A stretch of 31,269 nt of DNA from a virus (Duplodnaviria; Caudoviricetes): positions 1-31,269 of IMG/VR virus record IMGVR_UViG_3300037195_000381; one strand, written 5' to 3'. Below the pieces are notes generated by a model. That model was not told the origin of the DNA. It saw nothing but the letters and a program-made list of their open reading frames with translations, and made no database searches. Below are positions 7,890 through 18,236 of this stretch, in pieces (position 1 is the first letter of the stretch; each line of letters begins with the position of its first letter). A program made the position numbers and the translations under genes.

Positions 7890-10129
7890 TGCCGAAGCGT
7901 AAACTCAAGCAAAAGACACCTACGATCTCGACACCCCTGCTCAACGCAGGGTTCTCGGGCCTGAACACGGAGCTTCCAATGACGGAAGGTATCCGCAACC
8001 CGACGTGGGCTACTGTACTTGACAACGCGGTCTATGACGACAAGGGGCGTATCGCCCTCCGCAAAGGGTACTCGGTAGACACCACCACCCCGATCTACGG
8101 TGGCGCAGCCACGTACGACTCAGGCGGTCGGTGGAGCCAAGCCTCGACGGACATTGGCACCGGCAGCAATAGCAACCGTATGCTGGTCGTGACGTGGACC
8201 TCCAGTACCACGATCACCGGCATCGAGTACGGCGGTCAGGCAATGACGCAGATCGGTACCACTAGCTCTGACTCCAGTGGTACCGGCACGCAGTACTACT
8301 CGGTATGGTACCTACTGGAAACGGGCATAGCCGCAGCCACCGGTAGCCTCCTGCTCACGCAGGGAGCCAGCACGGGTGGCGGGGCGTACTGGTTCGCATC
8401 GGCCGCTGCACAGCAGGAGCCTGCGTGTGCCGTCAACCACGTTGCAGACGCTCAAGGCACCGGTCCCCACACCATCACAGGCGGTGAGACGACCACGAAC
8501 ATCGGTAACGGCACCGTGTCCCCCACGGGCGCTCTCCTGCTCCTTGGAGGCGACTGCCTCGGTACTTGGGGTGGTGAGACAGCTACGTGGTCTCCCTCCG
8601 TTGAGACGCAGCGAGGGGACGACGCAGGCAACGGTGGTACCAACTGGACAGCCCTCACGGTCAGTACCAACGAGGACGTAGCCTGTACCTTCGGGGCAGA
8701 CAACACAGAGCCGTGTGCTATCGTGGCGGTAGGTATCACCAGCGCTACCGCAGCGAACAACGCCGGTATCAAGGTACTCCATGAGTTCCTGCTCAACGAC
8801 GGTACCGAGCGTATCCTCGCCTTCACTGACGACCACCGCATCTTCCAGAGCACCGACGACGGTGCCACCTTCAGCGACGTAACCCGCCTGCTCACGACCA
8901 CGACTACCAAGTGGTCCTTCGTGAACTTCAACGGGTACTGCTACGCCACCGCTCCCGGTCACAAGGTATGGGAGCTACAGGACACGGGCGGCTTCACTCA
9001 GGTAACCGGCTCGAACGCCACTCGTGGCGTACTGCTGGCTGCTTTCGGTCGCCTGTGGGCGACACGGGATGGTAGCTCCGCTATCGACTACAGCGCACTG
9101 CTGGACGGTACCGACTGGTCGGGCACCGGATCGGGCAGTATTGACACGGCGAACGTTTGGACCCAAGGGTATGACCGGGTACGGGCGCTCGCCGCTTTTG
9201 GTTCTACCTTCGTCGCTTTCGGGCGCAACCACATCCTGATGTACGTAGACGGCTCCGGTTCGGTACTCGGTATCGACCCCGACAATATGTACGTCGTGGA
9301 CACGGTGGAGGGTACCGGTATCCAAGAGAAGGACTCCCTCGTGAACATCGGTGAGGGTGACCTCTGGTTCATCAGCGGTGCCGGGTTGCAGTCCCTATCC
9401 CGCGTTGTGACGGACAAGAGCAACCCCCTCGTCACGCTCTCCCGTAATCAGGAAGCCAAGCTCCGCGACCTCATGAGCAACCAGACCGGGGAAGCCAACA
9501 GCGTACAGGGTGTGTACTCCCCCGAGGAACACATGGTACTGTTCTCCTTCACCGGAGACAACGAGTACCTGATGTACGACACGCAGCGCCGGTCTGTCGA
9601 GGACGGGAGCTACCGCTGCGCCCTGTGGACGGGCATGTCAGACCGCGAGGCGGTACTGGTACGCCGGAACGGGGACGTGATATTTGGGCTGACCTCGGGC
9701 GAGGTAGCCACGTACCAGAACTACCGGGATGACGCCGGGAGCGCCGACACGATCTACGAGCTTGTGTACGCTACCCCGTGGATGGATGCCGGTGAGCACA
9801 ACAAACTGAAGATCAGCAAGGGATTCTACGGGCACTTTTATGGGCGTGAAACGCTTACTGCTACTGCTCGTTGGGCTTTTGATTTTCGCCCTCTTGAGTT
9901 CTCCGAAACCTTCACCAACGACTACGTATCAAGCGGTGCCGAGTTCGGGGCTGGGGAGTTCGGTGAGGACGAGTTCGGCACGGGACACCGGTTCCGCCGA
10001 CAGTACACGTCCGGCATGGGGGAAGGACAATTCGTGAAGCTCTGGATCACCATTCAGAGCACAGACGTTGACGCAGTTGTGGCTATCCAAGAGGTAGGCA
10101 TGACCCTCAAATACGGGCGACAAGTATGA
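7889..10129 (+). CDS. tail nozzle / DNA-stabilisation protein (tubular protein B or P22 gp10-like) with inserted domain
   Basis: N-terminal 'GFSGLNT...LDNAVYDDKGRI..RKG', propeller-like core ('AFGRLW', 'YSALLDGTDW'), C-terminal 'EFGAGEFG'; TAATG coupling to the adaptor. Confidence 0.8.
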   Translation: MPKRKLKQKTPTISTPLLNAGFSGLNTELPMTEGIRNPTWATVLDNAVYDDKGRIALRKGYSVDTTTPIYGGAATYDSGGRWSQASTDIGTGSNSNRMLVVTWTSSTTITGIEYGGQAMTQIGTTSSDSSGTGTQYYSVWYLLETGIAAATGSLLLTQGASTGGGAYWFASAAAQQEPACAVNHVADAQGTGPHTITGGETTTNIGNGTVSPTGALLLLGGDCLGTWGGETATWSPSVETQRGDDAGNGGTNWTALTVSTNEDVACTFGADNTEPCAIVAVGITSATAANNAGIKVLHEFLLNDGTERILAFTDDHRIFQSTDDGATFSDVTRLLTTTTTKWSFVNFNGYCYATAPGHKVWELQDTGGFTQVTGSNATRGVLLAAFGRLWATRDGSSAIDYSALLDGTDWSGTGSGSIDTANVWTQGYDRVRALAAFGSTFVAFGRNHILMYVDGSGSVLGIDPDNMYVVDTVEGTGIQEKDSLVNIGEGDLWFISGAGLQSLSRVVTDKSNPLVTLSRNQEAKLRDLMSNQTGEANSVQGVYSPEEHMVLFSFTGDNEYLMYDTQRRSVEDGSYRCALWTGMSDREAVLVRRNGDVIFGLTSGEVATYQNYRDDAGSADTIYELVYATPWMDAGEHNKLKISKGFYGHFYGRETLTATARWAFDFRPLEFSETFTNDYVSSGAEFGAGEFGEDEFGTGHRFRRQYTSGMGEGQFVKLWITIQSTDVDAVVAIQEVGMTLKYGRQV

Positions 10130-11181
10130 GCGACTACACCATAACCACAGACTTCTCGGCAAAGGACGCGCTACCTACGTCCGACCCGGAGAAGCTGGTT
10201 CTAGGCTCGGACCTCGACGTAGAGTTCGACGCCATTCAGGTAGCGACTGCCACCAAGTACGACAGTAGCGACATTGCTACTCTCGCGCAAGCGCAGGCAG
10301 GTACCTCCAACGAAACACTGATGACACCCCTCCGGGTAGCGCAGCTACTCTCCGGTGGTGGCGTCGGTGATGTCGGCTCCATCGGTCTGAGTGACCCCGG
10401 TGCCGACCGCATAGCCTTTTGGGATGACTCCGCTAACGACGTCGCCTGGCTGACGGTCAGTACGGGTCTGACTCTCTCGGGTACTACCCTGACGACCGAC
10501 GACAGTGCCATCTTGCACGACAGCCTCTCCGGGTATGACTCCAACGACCACATCGACCACACGACGGTCACCCTGACCTTCACGGAGGGGGTACAGTGGT
10601 CCTCGGGTGGTACCGATATCTCAGCCTCCGCTACCGGTAAGCTGGACTTCTCCGGGCTGACGCAGGAGACCACGCTCGACGGTACGAACGACATGGTTGC
10701 CTTCTACGACGCCTCCGCAACCGCCCACCGCAAGGTACCGCTGGACTCCCTGATCGGTGACGCCCTCGGAGACGGCAACTGGTACCGGAATGCTACGCAG
10801 TCCATCAGCAGCACGGACAGTACCGTTGTGTTCAACACGGAGCGGTACGACTCACTGACCCGAGGTACCTATAGTACCAGTACCGGTGTCTACACCGCAG
10901 GTAGCGCCGCTTGCCGTATCCTGATCCACGCACACGCTGTCATTGACGGTCAGGCTGCGGGTGAGGACAGTGCTATGAAGATTCGCCACAACGGTACCAC
11001 CACACGCGGTACCCGCCTCAAGACGAACCGTGGTAAGTACGGGGCATCTAGCTCCAGTATCGAGATTATGATGGTCCTGTCCCTAGCCGCAACCGACACC
11101 GTTGAGATACGGATGAACAACGACGGAACCAAGAACATCCAAGCCACGAACACTTGGCTGGATATCGTGGAGCTTGGCTAG
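10126..11181 (+). CDS. tail fibre protein with C-terminal C1q-like domain
   Basis: N-terminal anchor 'DYT.TTDFSAKDALP..DP.K...G...D.EFDAI'; C-terminal 'VVFNTERYD...YSTSTGVYTA...LSLAATDTVEIR' C1q/TNF-like pattern. Confidence 0.78.
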   Translation: MSDYTITTDFSAKDALPTSDPEKLVLGSDLDVEFDAIQVATATKYDSSDIATLAQAQAGTSNETLMTPLRVAQLLSGGGVGDVGSIGLSDPGADRIAFWDDSANDVAWLTVSTGLTLSGTTLTTDDSAILHDSLSGYDSNDHIDHTTVTLTFTEGVQWSSGGTDISASATGKLDFSGLTQETTLDGTNDMVAFYDASATAHRKVPLDSLIGDALGDGNWYRNATQSISSTDSTVVFNTERYDSLTRGTYSTSTGVYTAGSAACRILIHAHAVIDGQAAGEDSAMKIRHNGTTTRGTRLKTNRGKYGASSSSIEIMMVLSLAATDTVEIRMNNDGTKNIQATNTWLDIVELG

Positions 11182-12008
11182 TGGCTGAACCGTACGACAC
11201 CATCAACGCCATCGGGTCCGGGCCGGACTACTGGTGGCGCTTTGCCGGTGCCAGTGCTACTGCGGTCACCAACGAGGGTAGCGAGGCTGCTCTCGCTTGG
11301 GCAGAGACCATCAACGACACCGCTGACTTCACGTACCAGCACAGTACCAACGCTCGCGGAGAGGCGAACCGTGGGTTCCACGTCGGCGCGTCAAACCTTG
11401 ACGCCGGTATCGAGACCCCCACTGCCCTCCAGAACCAGGACGCCAAGGGTACGATCATGGTGGTCTTCCGCGCTACCTCCGCGAGCCCCGTTTGGCCCCG
11501 GTGGACGGCAGGCGTATCGGACGGTAACTACGATTTACACGTAAACGACTTTAGCTGTTCCGCCGCAGGTTCCCTTGAGTACCACATTCAGGACAGCGGG
11601 GCGGACGACGAGCGGTGGAATTCTACCAGCAACGTATCCCCGGCTCCCTCGGACCAGCTACACCACTCGATAGCGATTGTACCGCCGACCGGTACAAGTG
11701 GTAACGCAGAGTTGTACTACGACGGTAGCGTTGTCGCCGTCACCTTTGACGACTTCGGCGCGGACGATGTAAACAACAATCACTGGATGGACAACTACTC
11801 CGGCGAGCAAGCCCATTGGGGCGCACGCCCCAGTGTAGGGGGCGAAGACATGACGAACCTTGTTGTCTACGAGTTCCTAATATGGAACGAGCGGCTGACA
11901 GCACAACAGGTATCCGACGCTCACGACGTTTTGTTCGCCGCAAACCCTTTCACCACGAAGACTACCCGCCGGGTCGGTCGTCGTCTATTCTCAAACCAAC
12001 ACGACTAA
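11181..12008 (+). CDS. concanavalin A-like / LamG domain protein
   Basis: Likely GTG start at 11181 after GGAG, overlapping the previous TAG. 'P.YWWRF', 'HHSIAIV', 'LYYDG', 'EFLIWNERLTAQQV' are LamG-like. Confidence 0.72.
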   Translation: MAEPYDTINAIGSGPDYWWRFAGASATAVTNEGSEAALAWAETINDTADFTYQHSTNARGEANRGFHVGASNLDAGIETPTALQNQDAKGTIMVVFRATSASPVWPRWTAGVSDGNYDLHVNDFSCSAAGSLEYHIQDSGADDERWNSTSNVSPAPSDQLHHSIAIVPPTGTSGNAELYYDGSVVAVTFDDFGADDVNNNHWMDNYSGEQAHWGARPSVGGEDMTNLVVYEFLIWNERLTAQQVSDAHDVLFAANPFTTKTTRRVGRRLFSNQHD

Positions 12009-12009
12009 G

Positions 12010-12231
12010 ATGGCACTAATGAGCAAAGAGCAGCTACCGCAGCACATGGCGGATTTGGGGGCAGTAGTAAGTACCGCAGCAGTGGTTACCTATAGCTTCA
12101 CAGACATTCTACACGGCGCGGCACTTGTCGTGGCTATCGTATCCGGTAGCCTAGCGGCAGCATGGCACACCTACAAATTTTATCTTGAGTATCGCAACAG
12201 GGGGAACGATGCGAGCAATGCTGATAAATAA
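12010..12231 (+). CDS. small membrane protein, holin-like
   Basis: 73 aa with one or two hydrophobic segments and a charged C-terminus. Confidence 0.55.
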   Translation: MALMSKEQLPQHMADLGAVVSTAAVVTYSFTDILHGAALVVAIVSGSLAAAWHTYKFYLEYRNRGNDASNADK

Positions 12232-12649
12232 TCCTGAACTGGCGCAAGCGATCCTATGCGAAGTGTACGAGCAGGTAGCGGAGGACAACGCCCCGCATCC
12301 GAGTACCCTAGACCTTACGGGTATTCCCGTCATCGCTCTCCGTGGGGACGAAGGCGTACACGGGATAATGATGATGCAGCCGTTCGGCTTCAACAGCACG
12401 ATAGTAGGGGTAGCGATCCGTCCTGACTACTATGGACACAAAGAGAACATCGAGCTTGTACGCAGGGGGGTGGCACAATGCGCGGAGATAACGAACGCAC
12501 CGAAATTCCTGATGGCGATTCCGACGGAGGACAAATCTACGCTGCGGCTCGCGCAACAGGTTGGGTTCAAAAGGGAAGGGGTGATACGCAACAGCTTCCT
12601 GCGAAACGGGAAGATGATCGACCAGTACTTAGTCGGGATCAGCGTGTAG
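12209..12649 (+). CDS. GNAT (RimJ/RimL-like) acetyltransferase
   Basis: ATG at 12209 after GGGGA; 'LRLAQQVGFKREG.IR.SFLRNGKMIDQYLVG' GNAT C-terminal motif; sits just before the ejection genes. Confidence 0.8.
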   Translation: MRAMLINNPELAQAILCEVYEQVAEDNAPHPSTLDLTGIPVIALRGDEGVHGIMMMQPFGFNSTIVGVAIRPDYYGHKENIELVRRGVAQCAEITNAPKFLMAIPTEDKSTLRLAQQVGFKREGVIRNSFLRNGKMIDQYLVGISV

Positions 12650-12666
12650 CCCATCACAAGAACCGG

Positions 12667-13074
12667 ATGCAAGCCCTAGAGCAGAGCATCATTGACGAGC
12701 TAGAGCTTGTCGAGTTCGAGACAGAACACATATTCGCAAAGGGGACGTACACTCGGGTACTACACGTACCTGCCGGACACGTCCTGACAGGACACATTCA
12801 CCGGGAGTCCTGCATCAACATCGTTGTCAAAGGCAAGATGAAGGCGGCAACCTCCGAAGGTGACAAGCTGGTACAGGCAGGCGACTACCTCGTCTCCGGT
12901 CCCGGCGAGAAGAAGGCGGGATACGCCATTGAAGATACGACGTGGATCAACGTGTTCCCGAATCCCGATGACACTGAAGACGTACCGAAACTACTGGACC
13001 GTCTTTGTTACATGGAAGGGTACGAGCAGTTAGAACGCGAGACCCACGCACAACTAGATTTCTTTGAGGATTAA
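12667..13074 (+). CDS. cupin-fold phage protein
   Basis: 'HIFAKGTYTR.LHVPAG..LTGHIH...INIVVKG...SGPG.KK.GYA.EDT.W.NV' cupin-like pattern. Start uncertain: the frame is open from 12478. Confidence 0.72.
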   Translation: MQALEQSIIDELELVEFETEHIFAKGTYTRVLHVPAGHVLTGHIHRESCINIVVKGKMKAATSEGDKLVQAGDYLVSGPGEKKAGYAIEDTTWINVFPNPDDTEDVPKLLDRLCYMEGYEQLERETHAQLDFFED

Positions 13075-13077
13075 TAT

Positions 13078-14094
13078 ATGTTAGGAGCATTACTTGCAGC
13101 GGTCGTCGGCGCAGCCGGTGCCGCTTCCGCCTCCAAAAAAAGCGCGGACGCAGCCAAAGACGCTCGGCGCGCAGCACAGTTGCAGCCGTTCGCAGTAAAC
13201 ACACCCTTCGGTAACGCGAGTATCGAGCGTGGTAACCTGACGGTACAAGATGCCGCCGGTACATCACTTGCTCCCGGCTTTGCAGGCTTCGCCGGTACTG
13301 CGTTAGACCGGTCACAGCAGGCTATCGGAGACTTGGCACCGGGGTTGAACCTCGACCCGTCTCAGGTACTCCAAGCCGCAGCCGGTATCGGGGCACCGAC
13401 CGCCGCCGCCTTCCAAGGCGCAGGCGCTAACTTCATCGGTGCCGGTCAGGGCGCACTATCCGCTCTCGGTACCTTCGACCCACAACAGTTTGCACAGCAG
13501 CGCTTCGACGCTCTCTCCGAGCTGGCCCGACCGGGTGAAGAACAAGCCGCTTCCTCCCTCGCCAACCGACTGTTCGCCCAAGGGCGCGTCGGGGGAGAAG
13601 ACACAGCCGGTGGTCGCGCCTTCGGTGAGCTTGCACAAGCACAGTCCCGCGCACAGACGGTGCGCGGCATCCTGTCTCAGCAGGCAGCTATGCAGGAAAT
13701 GCAACAGCGCATCGGCATGGCTGGACAGCTTCAGGGCTTCGGCGGACAGGCGTTCCTTCAGGGACAGCAAGCGGCGAATTTGGAGCAGGCTCGTTTCCTC
13801 GCCGCCCTACAGGGTGGTGGCATGACGCAGGGCTTCAACCTCCAGAACATCCAAGGTCTTCTTGGTCTCGGTCTCTCAGGTACCCAAGGGATACAGGAGG
13901 CGTTCGCACCTTCCCGGTCTGCAATTCAGGCACTACTCGGTGGGGCGGAATTACAGATGGGGGGCAACGCTACCGCAGCGCAGGCAATCATGCAGGGCGG
14001 TAACGCACAGGCTAACCTGATTGGTAACGCTACGGCGGGACTGGCGGGAGGCTTGATGAACTTCGCCACCCAAAAACACTCAGGAGGTGGCTAA
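13078..14094 (+). CDS. putative internal virion / DNA ejection protein
   Basis: A/G/Q-rich, hydrophobic Gly-Ala N-terminus, first of three helical ORFs after the tail genes. Confidence 0.7.
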   Translation: MLGALLAAVVGAAGAASASKKSADAAKDARRAAQLQPFAVNTPFGNASIERGNLTVQDAAGTSLAPGFAGFAGTALDRSQQAIGDLAPGLNLDPSQVLQAAAGIGAPTAAAFQGAGANFIGAGQGALSALGTFDPQQFAQQRFDALSELARPGEEQAASSLANRLFAQGRVGGEDTAGGRAFGELAQAQSRAQTVRGILSQQAAMQEMQQRIGMAGQLQGFGGQAFLQGQQAANLEQARFLAALQGGGMTQGFNLQNIQGLLGLGLSGTQGIQEAFAPSRSAIQALLGGAELQMGGNATAAQAIMQGGNAQANLIGNATAGLAGGLMNFATQKHSGGG

Positions 14095-15314
14095 TGGCTG
14101 ACCAACTCTCCGATACATTCAACCCGTTCGGACTTACCGACTCGCGCACCCTTGAGGACCGGCGACGGGCACGACGGATGGCGGAAGCGGCGCAGCGCCG
14201 CAACCGTCTCTCGGGTATGGACCTTGCAGGAGCGGAGGCAGGTAACGCACTTGGCTTCATCCTGGGCAAGGCGCTTACCCGTGCCGGTGTCATCAAGGAC
14301 ATAGAGGGCGAACGTGCTACCGCAGTCGATAAGGCCGCGAAGGACGCACAGGCGGCATTCGATCAGATACCAGAGGAACAGCGGGAGAAGGGATCGTTCG
14401 GTACCGCGATACAGCGCCGACGTACCCTCATCGCACAGCTTGAGGAAGCCGGTCTCCAGAAGGAAGCCGACACCGTACGTACTCAGTTGATCGACCTCCA
14501 CGACCAGCAGGCAAAGTTCCGCAAGCTGAACGCGGAGACGGAACGTCTGGACCTCCAGATCGACCGAGAGCGGGAGGAACTGGGCCGTACCAAGAAGGGA
14601 CTGCGGGAGAAAGATGAGCTTACACGGCTCCAGAACGCCCACGCCCTGCTGGATATCTCAGACCCGGTTCAGGCAGCACGAGCCGATCAGATCATGTCAC
14701 GGATCGACAAAATCACCACCATTACCGGTACCACTGAGTTCGACCCGTCCGCCAGCGATAAAGTTACTCTGCGTAAGCTTGAGCAGTCCTTGTTCGACAA
14801 CCAGCGAGCACTGGATGGCTTTGTACTCGCTTCTGATGAGTACGACCCGAGCTTCCTGACTCTCGGTACTCAGATCAAGAACTTCGCCGTGAAAGCGGTG
14901 GAGATCGCAGGTCTGCCTATCTCCGAGGAAGCGAAGCAAGGTCTCCGTGACTTCACCGCGTTCAGGCAGCGCACCAGTATCAACCTCAACGCCTACATCA
15001 AGGCGATCACGGGTGCTCAGATGAGTAACCCCGAGGCTACCCGTCTGCGGAAGGACGTACCGACTCAGGACGACTCTCCTACGGAGTACAAGCGTAAGCT
15101 GGGCCTCACCCTTGAGCGTCTGCAAGCCGTACGTAGCCGTGGCGTAGCCGCTATGGGAGCCGCTGGTGATCGCCAGGAGTTCCTGAAGATAATGACGACC
15201 TCTCTGGATGAGTTCATTGAGATGCAACCGGAGCAGGACGACGCTACAACAGCACGCGCCGACGCAGAGCGCGCACTTGCAGACCTAGAGGCGGTACTCA
15301 GGCAGGGGCAGTAA
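14094..15314 (+). CDS. putative internal virion / DNA ejection protein
   Basis: 406 aa, coiled-coil rich, TAATG coupled; call is positional. Confidence 0.65.
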   Translation: MADQLSDTFNPFGLTDSRTLEDRRRARRMAEAAQRRNRLSGMDLAGAEAGNALGFILGKALTRAGVIKDIEGERATAVDKAAKDAQAAFDQIPEEQREKGSFGTAIQRRRTLIAQLEEAGLQKEADTVRTQLIDLHDQQAKFRKLNAETERLDLQIDREREELGRTKKGLREKDELTRLQNAHALLDISDPVQAARADQIMSRIDKITTITGTTEFDPSASDKVTLRKLEQSLFDNQRALDGFVLASDEYDPSFLTLGTQIKNFAVKAVEIAGLPISEEAKQGLRDFTAFRQRTSINLNAYIKAITGAQMSNPEATRLRKDVPTQDDSPTEYKRKLGLTLERLQAVRSRGVAAMGAAGDRQEFLKIMTTSLDEFIEMQPEQDDATTARADAERALADLEAVLRQGQ

Positions 15315-15315
15315 T

Positions 15316-17505
15316 ATGGCAGAAGCACAGTTTGATACCCGCGCCAAGATTCAGTCGGTAGCCTCCGCGCTACAGGCGGAATTGAACAAGCCGGAAGACC
15401 AGCAGGATATCGACTTCATTCGTCGGTCGTCCGCTGTCATCCGTGCGTTCAAGGAAAGCGGTGTACAACAACCGGAAGGCGGTGGGGTACCGGCATTCGA
15501 CGGGGAGCCGGTCGCCGCAAAGCAGGGACCGGAGGTACAGGGTATGCCCACTACCATCGACCCCAAGCAGCAGCTTGCCACACGGCAGGCTATCATGGCA
15601 GCGAAGAACCGTGGTCAGGATATCGTCAACTTCCTGAAGCGTCCCTTCCTAGACGAAGCGGAGCAGCGGGAGCTTGCCGAGGAAACTCGGGTACAGCGAG
15701 CGCAGGAGCAGCTACAGCTAGAGGGTAGCGCACAGGCGTCCGGCGTAGACCCGAAGGAACTGAAACCCGCAGAGTTTCTCGGCGGCATCGCCCCCGACGT
15801 AGCCTCGGGTGCCCTTGGCGGTCTGCCCCTCGCACGTAGCCTACCGGGTATGGTAGGTAGGGTAGCGACGGAGGCTGGCATCGGTGCGGTACTCGGCGGT
15901 AGCCTGGTACCACTGGATGAAGACCCCACGAACGCAGCACTGCTCGACGGTGGTATCACCCTCGGCCTCGGTACCCTCACGGAGATACCCGGACTCGCTG
16001 GTGACTTCCTCAAGCGGGAGATACGCGCCGCCCGGAACAGTACACAGGATGAGCACCTTCAGCGCATCAGCGCCGAGAGTGGCATCGACCTAACCATCGG
16101 GGAGAGGACGCAAGTACCCGCTGCGGTGGTAGCGGAGCGGAACGTGCCTGCTCGCCCCGAAGGTCCACGCGCTGTTTTCCTGAAGAAGCGGAAGGAACAG
16201 TTGACGGGTGCCTTCAACCGGTTCGAGGAAACTCTGAACCCGGAGGCTATGCCCTCCAGCCAGATCATCGCGGAGACCCGACAGGCGTACGACAATACCA
16301 TATCTGGTATGTCCAAGCTGGCAAGCCAGCAGTTCCGCAACAACATGGAAGACGTGGTTACCGGTGTCGGTGCCCGTATCGACCACGAGGGTCGGATAGT
16401 AGGTGGCTTCAAGTTCATCCAGCCGACGGAGCTCGTCTCCGAGTTGCAGACGCAGCGCCGCCTGCTGGCATCGCAGCCTCTCTCGGACGCGAACCGCTTT
16501 GCCCTTCAAGACTTGGACCGAGAGATAGCTCTCATCAAGAAGCACGGTCTCGATCTCGGACAGACGCAGCGGCTCCTGGCGGACCTCGCGCAGCGTAACG
16601 CTCCCTCCGGTATCGTAATCAAGGATAACAGTCAGGCAGGGGAAATTCTGTCCAGCGGCGCGGTACAGCGCGCCTTGAGCCGTGACTTAGACCGCATCGC
16701 CCTCGGTGGTGCAGACCAGCCCGAGGAATTCGCGGCGGCTGTATCACAGCTACAGCGCTCCCGCAAGGAGTTCGCCGGGGACCGGGCAGAGATAGACGCC
16801 TTCAAGAACACCGCAGTTGACAAACTGCTCGGCAAGGTGGGTGACCCCACGTCCGGCGACTTCGCGCAGAAGGTTATGGCTCTGGACACGGAAGGGTTCA
16901 ACACCATGCTCCGTATTGCGGACGAAGCCAACCCTCGGCTGGGCAACGCCATCCGCTCCGTTGTGTTCAAGGAAGTTCTGGACAAGCACACCAAGCTCGG
17001 TGTGGTAGGCAGCACCGCTGCCCGTAGCGCACAGGACATTGACGTGAAGGGTCTCACCAATGAGCTAGGTCGGATGCCCATGAGCAAGTTCATGGCATTC
17101 ACCGGTAGCCACCTTGACCCGTCAGACGCGCAGCACATGCGTAACACGCTCGTAACGCTCCGCGCTATAACAGACGGTAGCGTAGCCGACTCCATCAGTT
17201 CTCGCAGCCTACGTGAGCGTATAGAGCAGTACGCGATCAACGCCGCTTCACGGGACGTGGGCTTTATCTCCCGTCTGATGGCTGGTGAAATGTCACCGGG
17301 CGTATTCGAGAGGCTGCTGTTCACCAAGCAGGGGCAGGACGCACTCAGCACCCTGAGTCGCCCGAAGATACTCGGACCGCAGTTGGCTCAGTCCATGAGC
17401 TACATCCAGTCGGTGTTTGCCGAGGACGAGAAGGCGGTAGAGGAACTGAAGCGCCAGCGGATTATGAAAGGCCTGAACGATCCGAATAGGATGAGGGGTC
17501 TATGA
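15316..17505 (+). CDS. putative large internal virion / DNA ejection protein
   Basis: 729 aa helical protein with a Gly-rich hydrophobic segment; last of the triplet; call is positional. Confidence 0.65.
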   Translation: MAEAQFDTRAKIQSVASALQAELNKPEDQQDIDFIRRSSAVIRAFKESGVQQPEGGGVPAFDGEPVAAKQGPEVQGMPTTIDPKQQLATRQAIMAAKNRGQDIVNFLKRPFLDEAEQRELAEETRVQRAQEQLQLEGSAQASGVDPKELKPAEFLGGIAPDVASGALGGLPLARSLPGMVGRVATEAGIGAVLGGSLVPLDEDPTNAALLDGGITLGLGTLTEIPGLAGDFLKREIRAARNSTQDEHLQRISAESGIDLTIGERTQVPAAVVAERNVPARPEGPRAVFLKKRKEQLTGAFNRFEETLNPEAMPSSQIIAETRQAYDNTISGMSKLASQQFRNNMEDVVTGVGARIDHEGRIVGGFKFIQPTELVSELQTQRRLLASQPLSDANRFALQDLDREIALIKKHGLDLGQTQRLLADLAQRNAPSGIVIKDNSQAGEILSSGAVQRALSRDLDRIALGGADQPEEFAAAVSQLQRSRKEFAGDRAEIDAFKNTAVDKLLGKVGDPTSGDFAQKVMALDTEGFNTMLRIADEANPRLGNAIRSVVFKEVLDKHTKLGVVGSTAARSAQDIDVKGLTNELGRMPMSKFMAFTGSHLDPSDAQHMRNTLVTLRAITDGSVADSISSRSLRERIEQYAINAASRDVGFISRLMAGEMSPGVFERLLFTKQGQDALSTLSRPKILGPQLAQSMSYIQSVFAEDEKAVEELKRQRIMKGLNDPNRMRGL

Positions 17506-17840
17506 TGCCCAAGACCTTCTCCCTCGTCAACAGGCAGTGGCGGGTACGGGTCGTCACTAGCAAGCAACTCCGGCGACACTTGGAGACACATTGGGCGGAC
17601 GATGAGGAACTACTGAACACAGCCGGGAACCTGAAAGGACTCTGCGACCCCGACGCTTCCCGTATCTTCATCAACAAAGACTCGCATACTACACAGGAGG
17701 ATATGGAGCACACCTATTTCCACGAGCTAGTACATGCTCTGCTGTACGCAGAAGGGATTGACTCCCACGGGCACGACGAGGCTATGGTGGACCGGATAGG
17801 CGGCTTCCTACATCAGATTGAAAGGAGTAAGAAATGCTAG
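17502..17840 (+). CDS. HEXXH zinc-metallopeptidase-like protein
   Basis: 'GLCD....RIFIN......EHTYFHELVHALL' zincin-like motif. Confidence 0.72.
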   Translation: MMPKTFSLVNRQWRVRVVTSKQLRRHLETHWADDEELLNTAGNLKGLCDPDASRIFINKDSHTTQEDMEHTYFHELVHALLYAEGIDSHGHDEAMVDRIGGFLHQIERSKKC

Positions 17841-18235
17841 AAGTAATCACTCCGCCCAGGGGGAAAGACACATGGGGTAGCGGAGACTTCGGGGCATCCC
17901 GAGGAAGCCGACTCCACATGGGAGTGGACTACGAAGCACCGGCGGGAGCAACCCTGCTCTCACCGGTACACGGTATTGTAACGAAGCATGGGTACCCGTA
18001 CGGTGACGATCTCGCGTACCGGTACATACAGGTACTTGACCCGGACGGGAACCGTCACCGCTTCTACTACGTGACTCCGACAGCGGAGCTACGTGAGGCA
18101 GTGTGTGAGGGTGATCCCCTCGGTACTGTACAGAATATTGTACGTAGGTACCCGACGCCCAAGGGCATGAAGAACCATGTCCACTATGAGATCATCGACG
18201 CAGACGGGAACTACAAGAGCCCGGAGGGGGAATAG
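17834..18235 (+). CDS. M23 family peptidase (endolysin)
   Basis: HxxxD motif (HMGVD) and HxH motif (NHVHY); 'FGASR' lead-in; RBS AAGGAG; next to a holin-like gene. Confidence 0.88.
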   Translation: MLEVITPPRGKDTWGSGDFGASRGSRLHMGVDYEAPAGATLLSPVHGIVTKHGYPYGDDLAYRYIQVLDPDGNRHRFYYVTPTAELREAVCEGDPLGTVQNIVRRYPTPKGMKNHVHYEIIDADGNYKSPEGE

Positions 18236-18236
18236 C

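Noticed and set aside
8104-8764. Intein or intron in the nozzle gene
   Set aside because: In frame, with no C/S...HN splice termini and no homing endonuclease motif.
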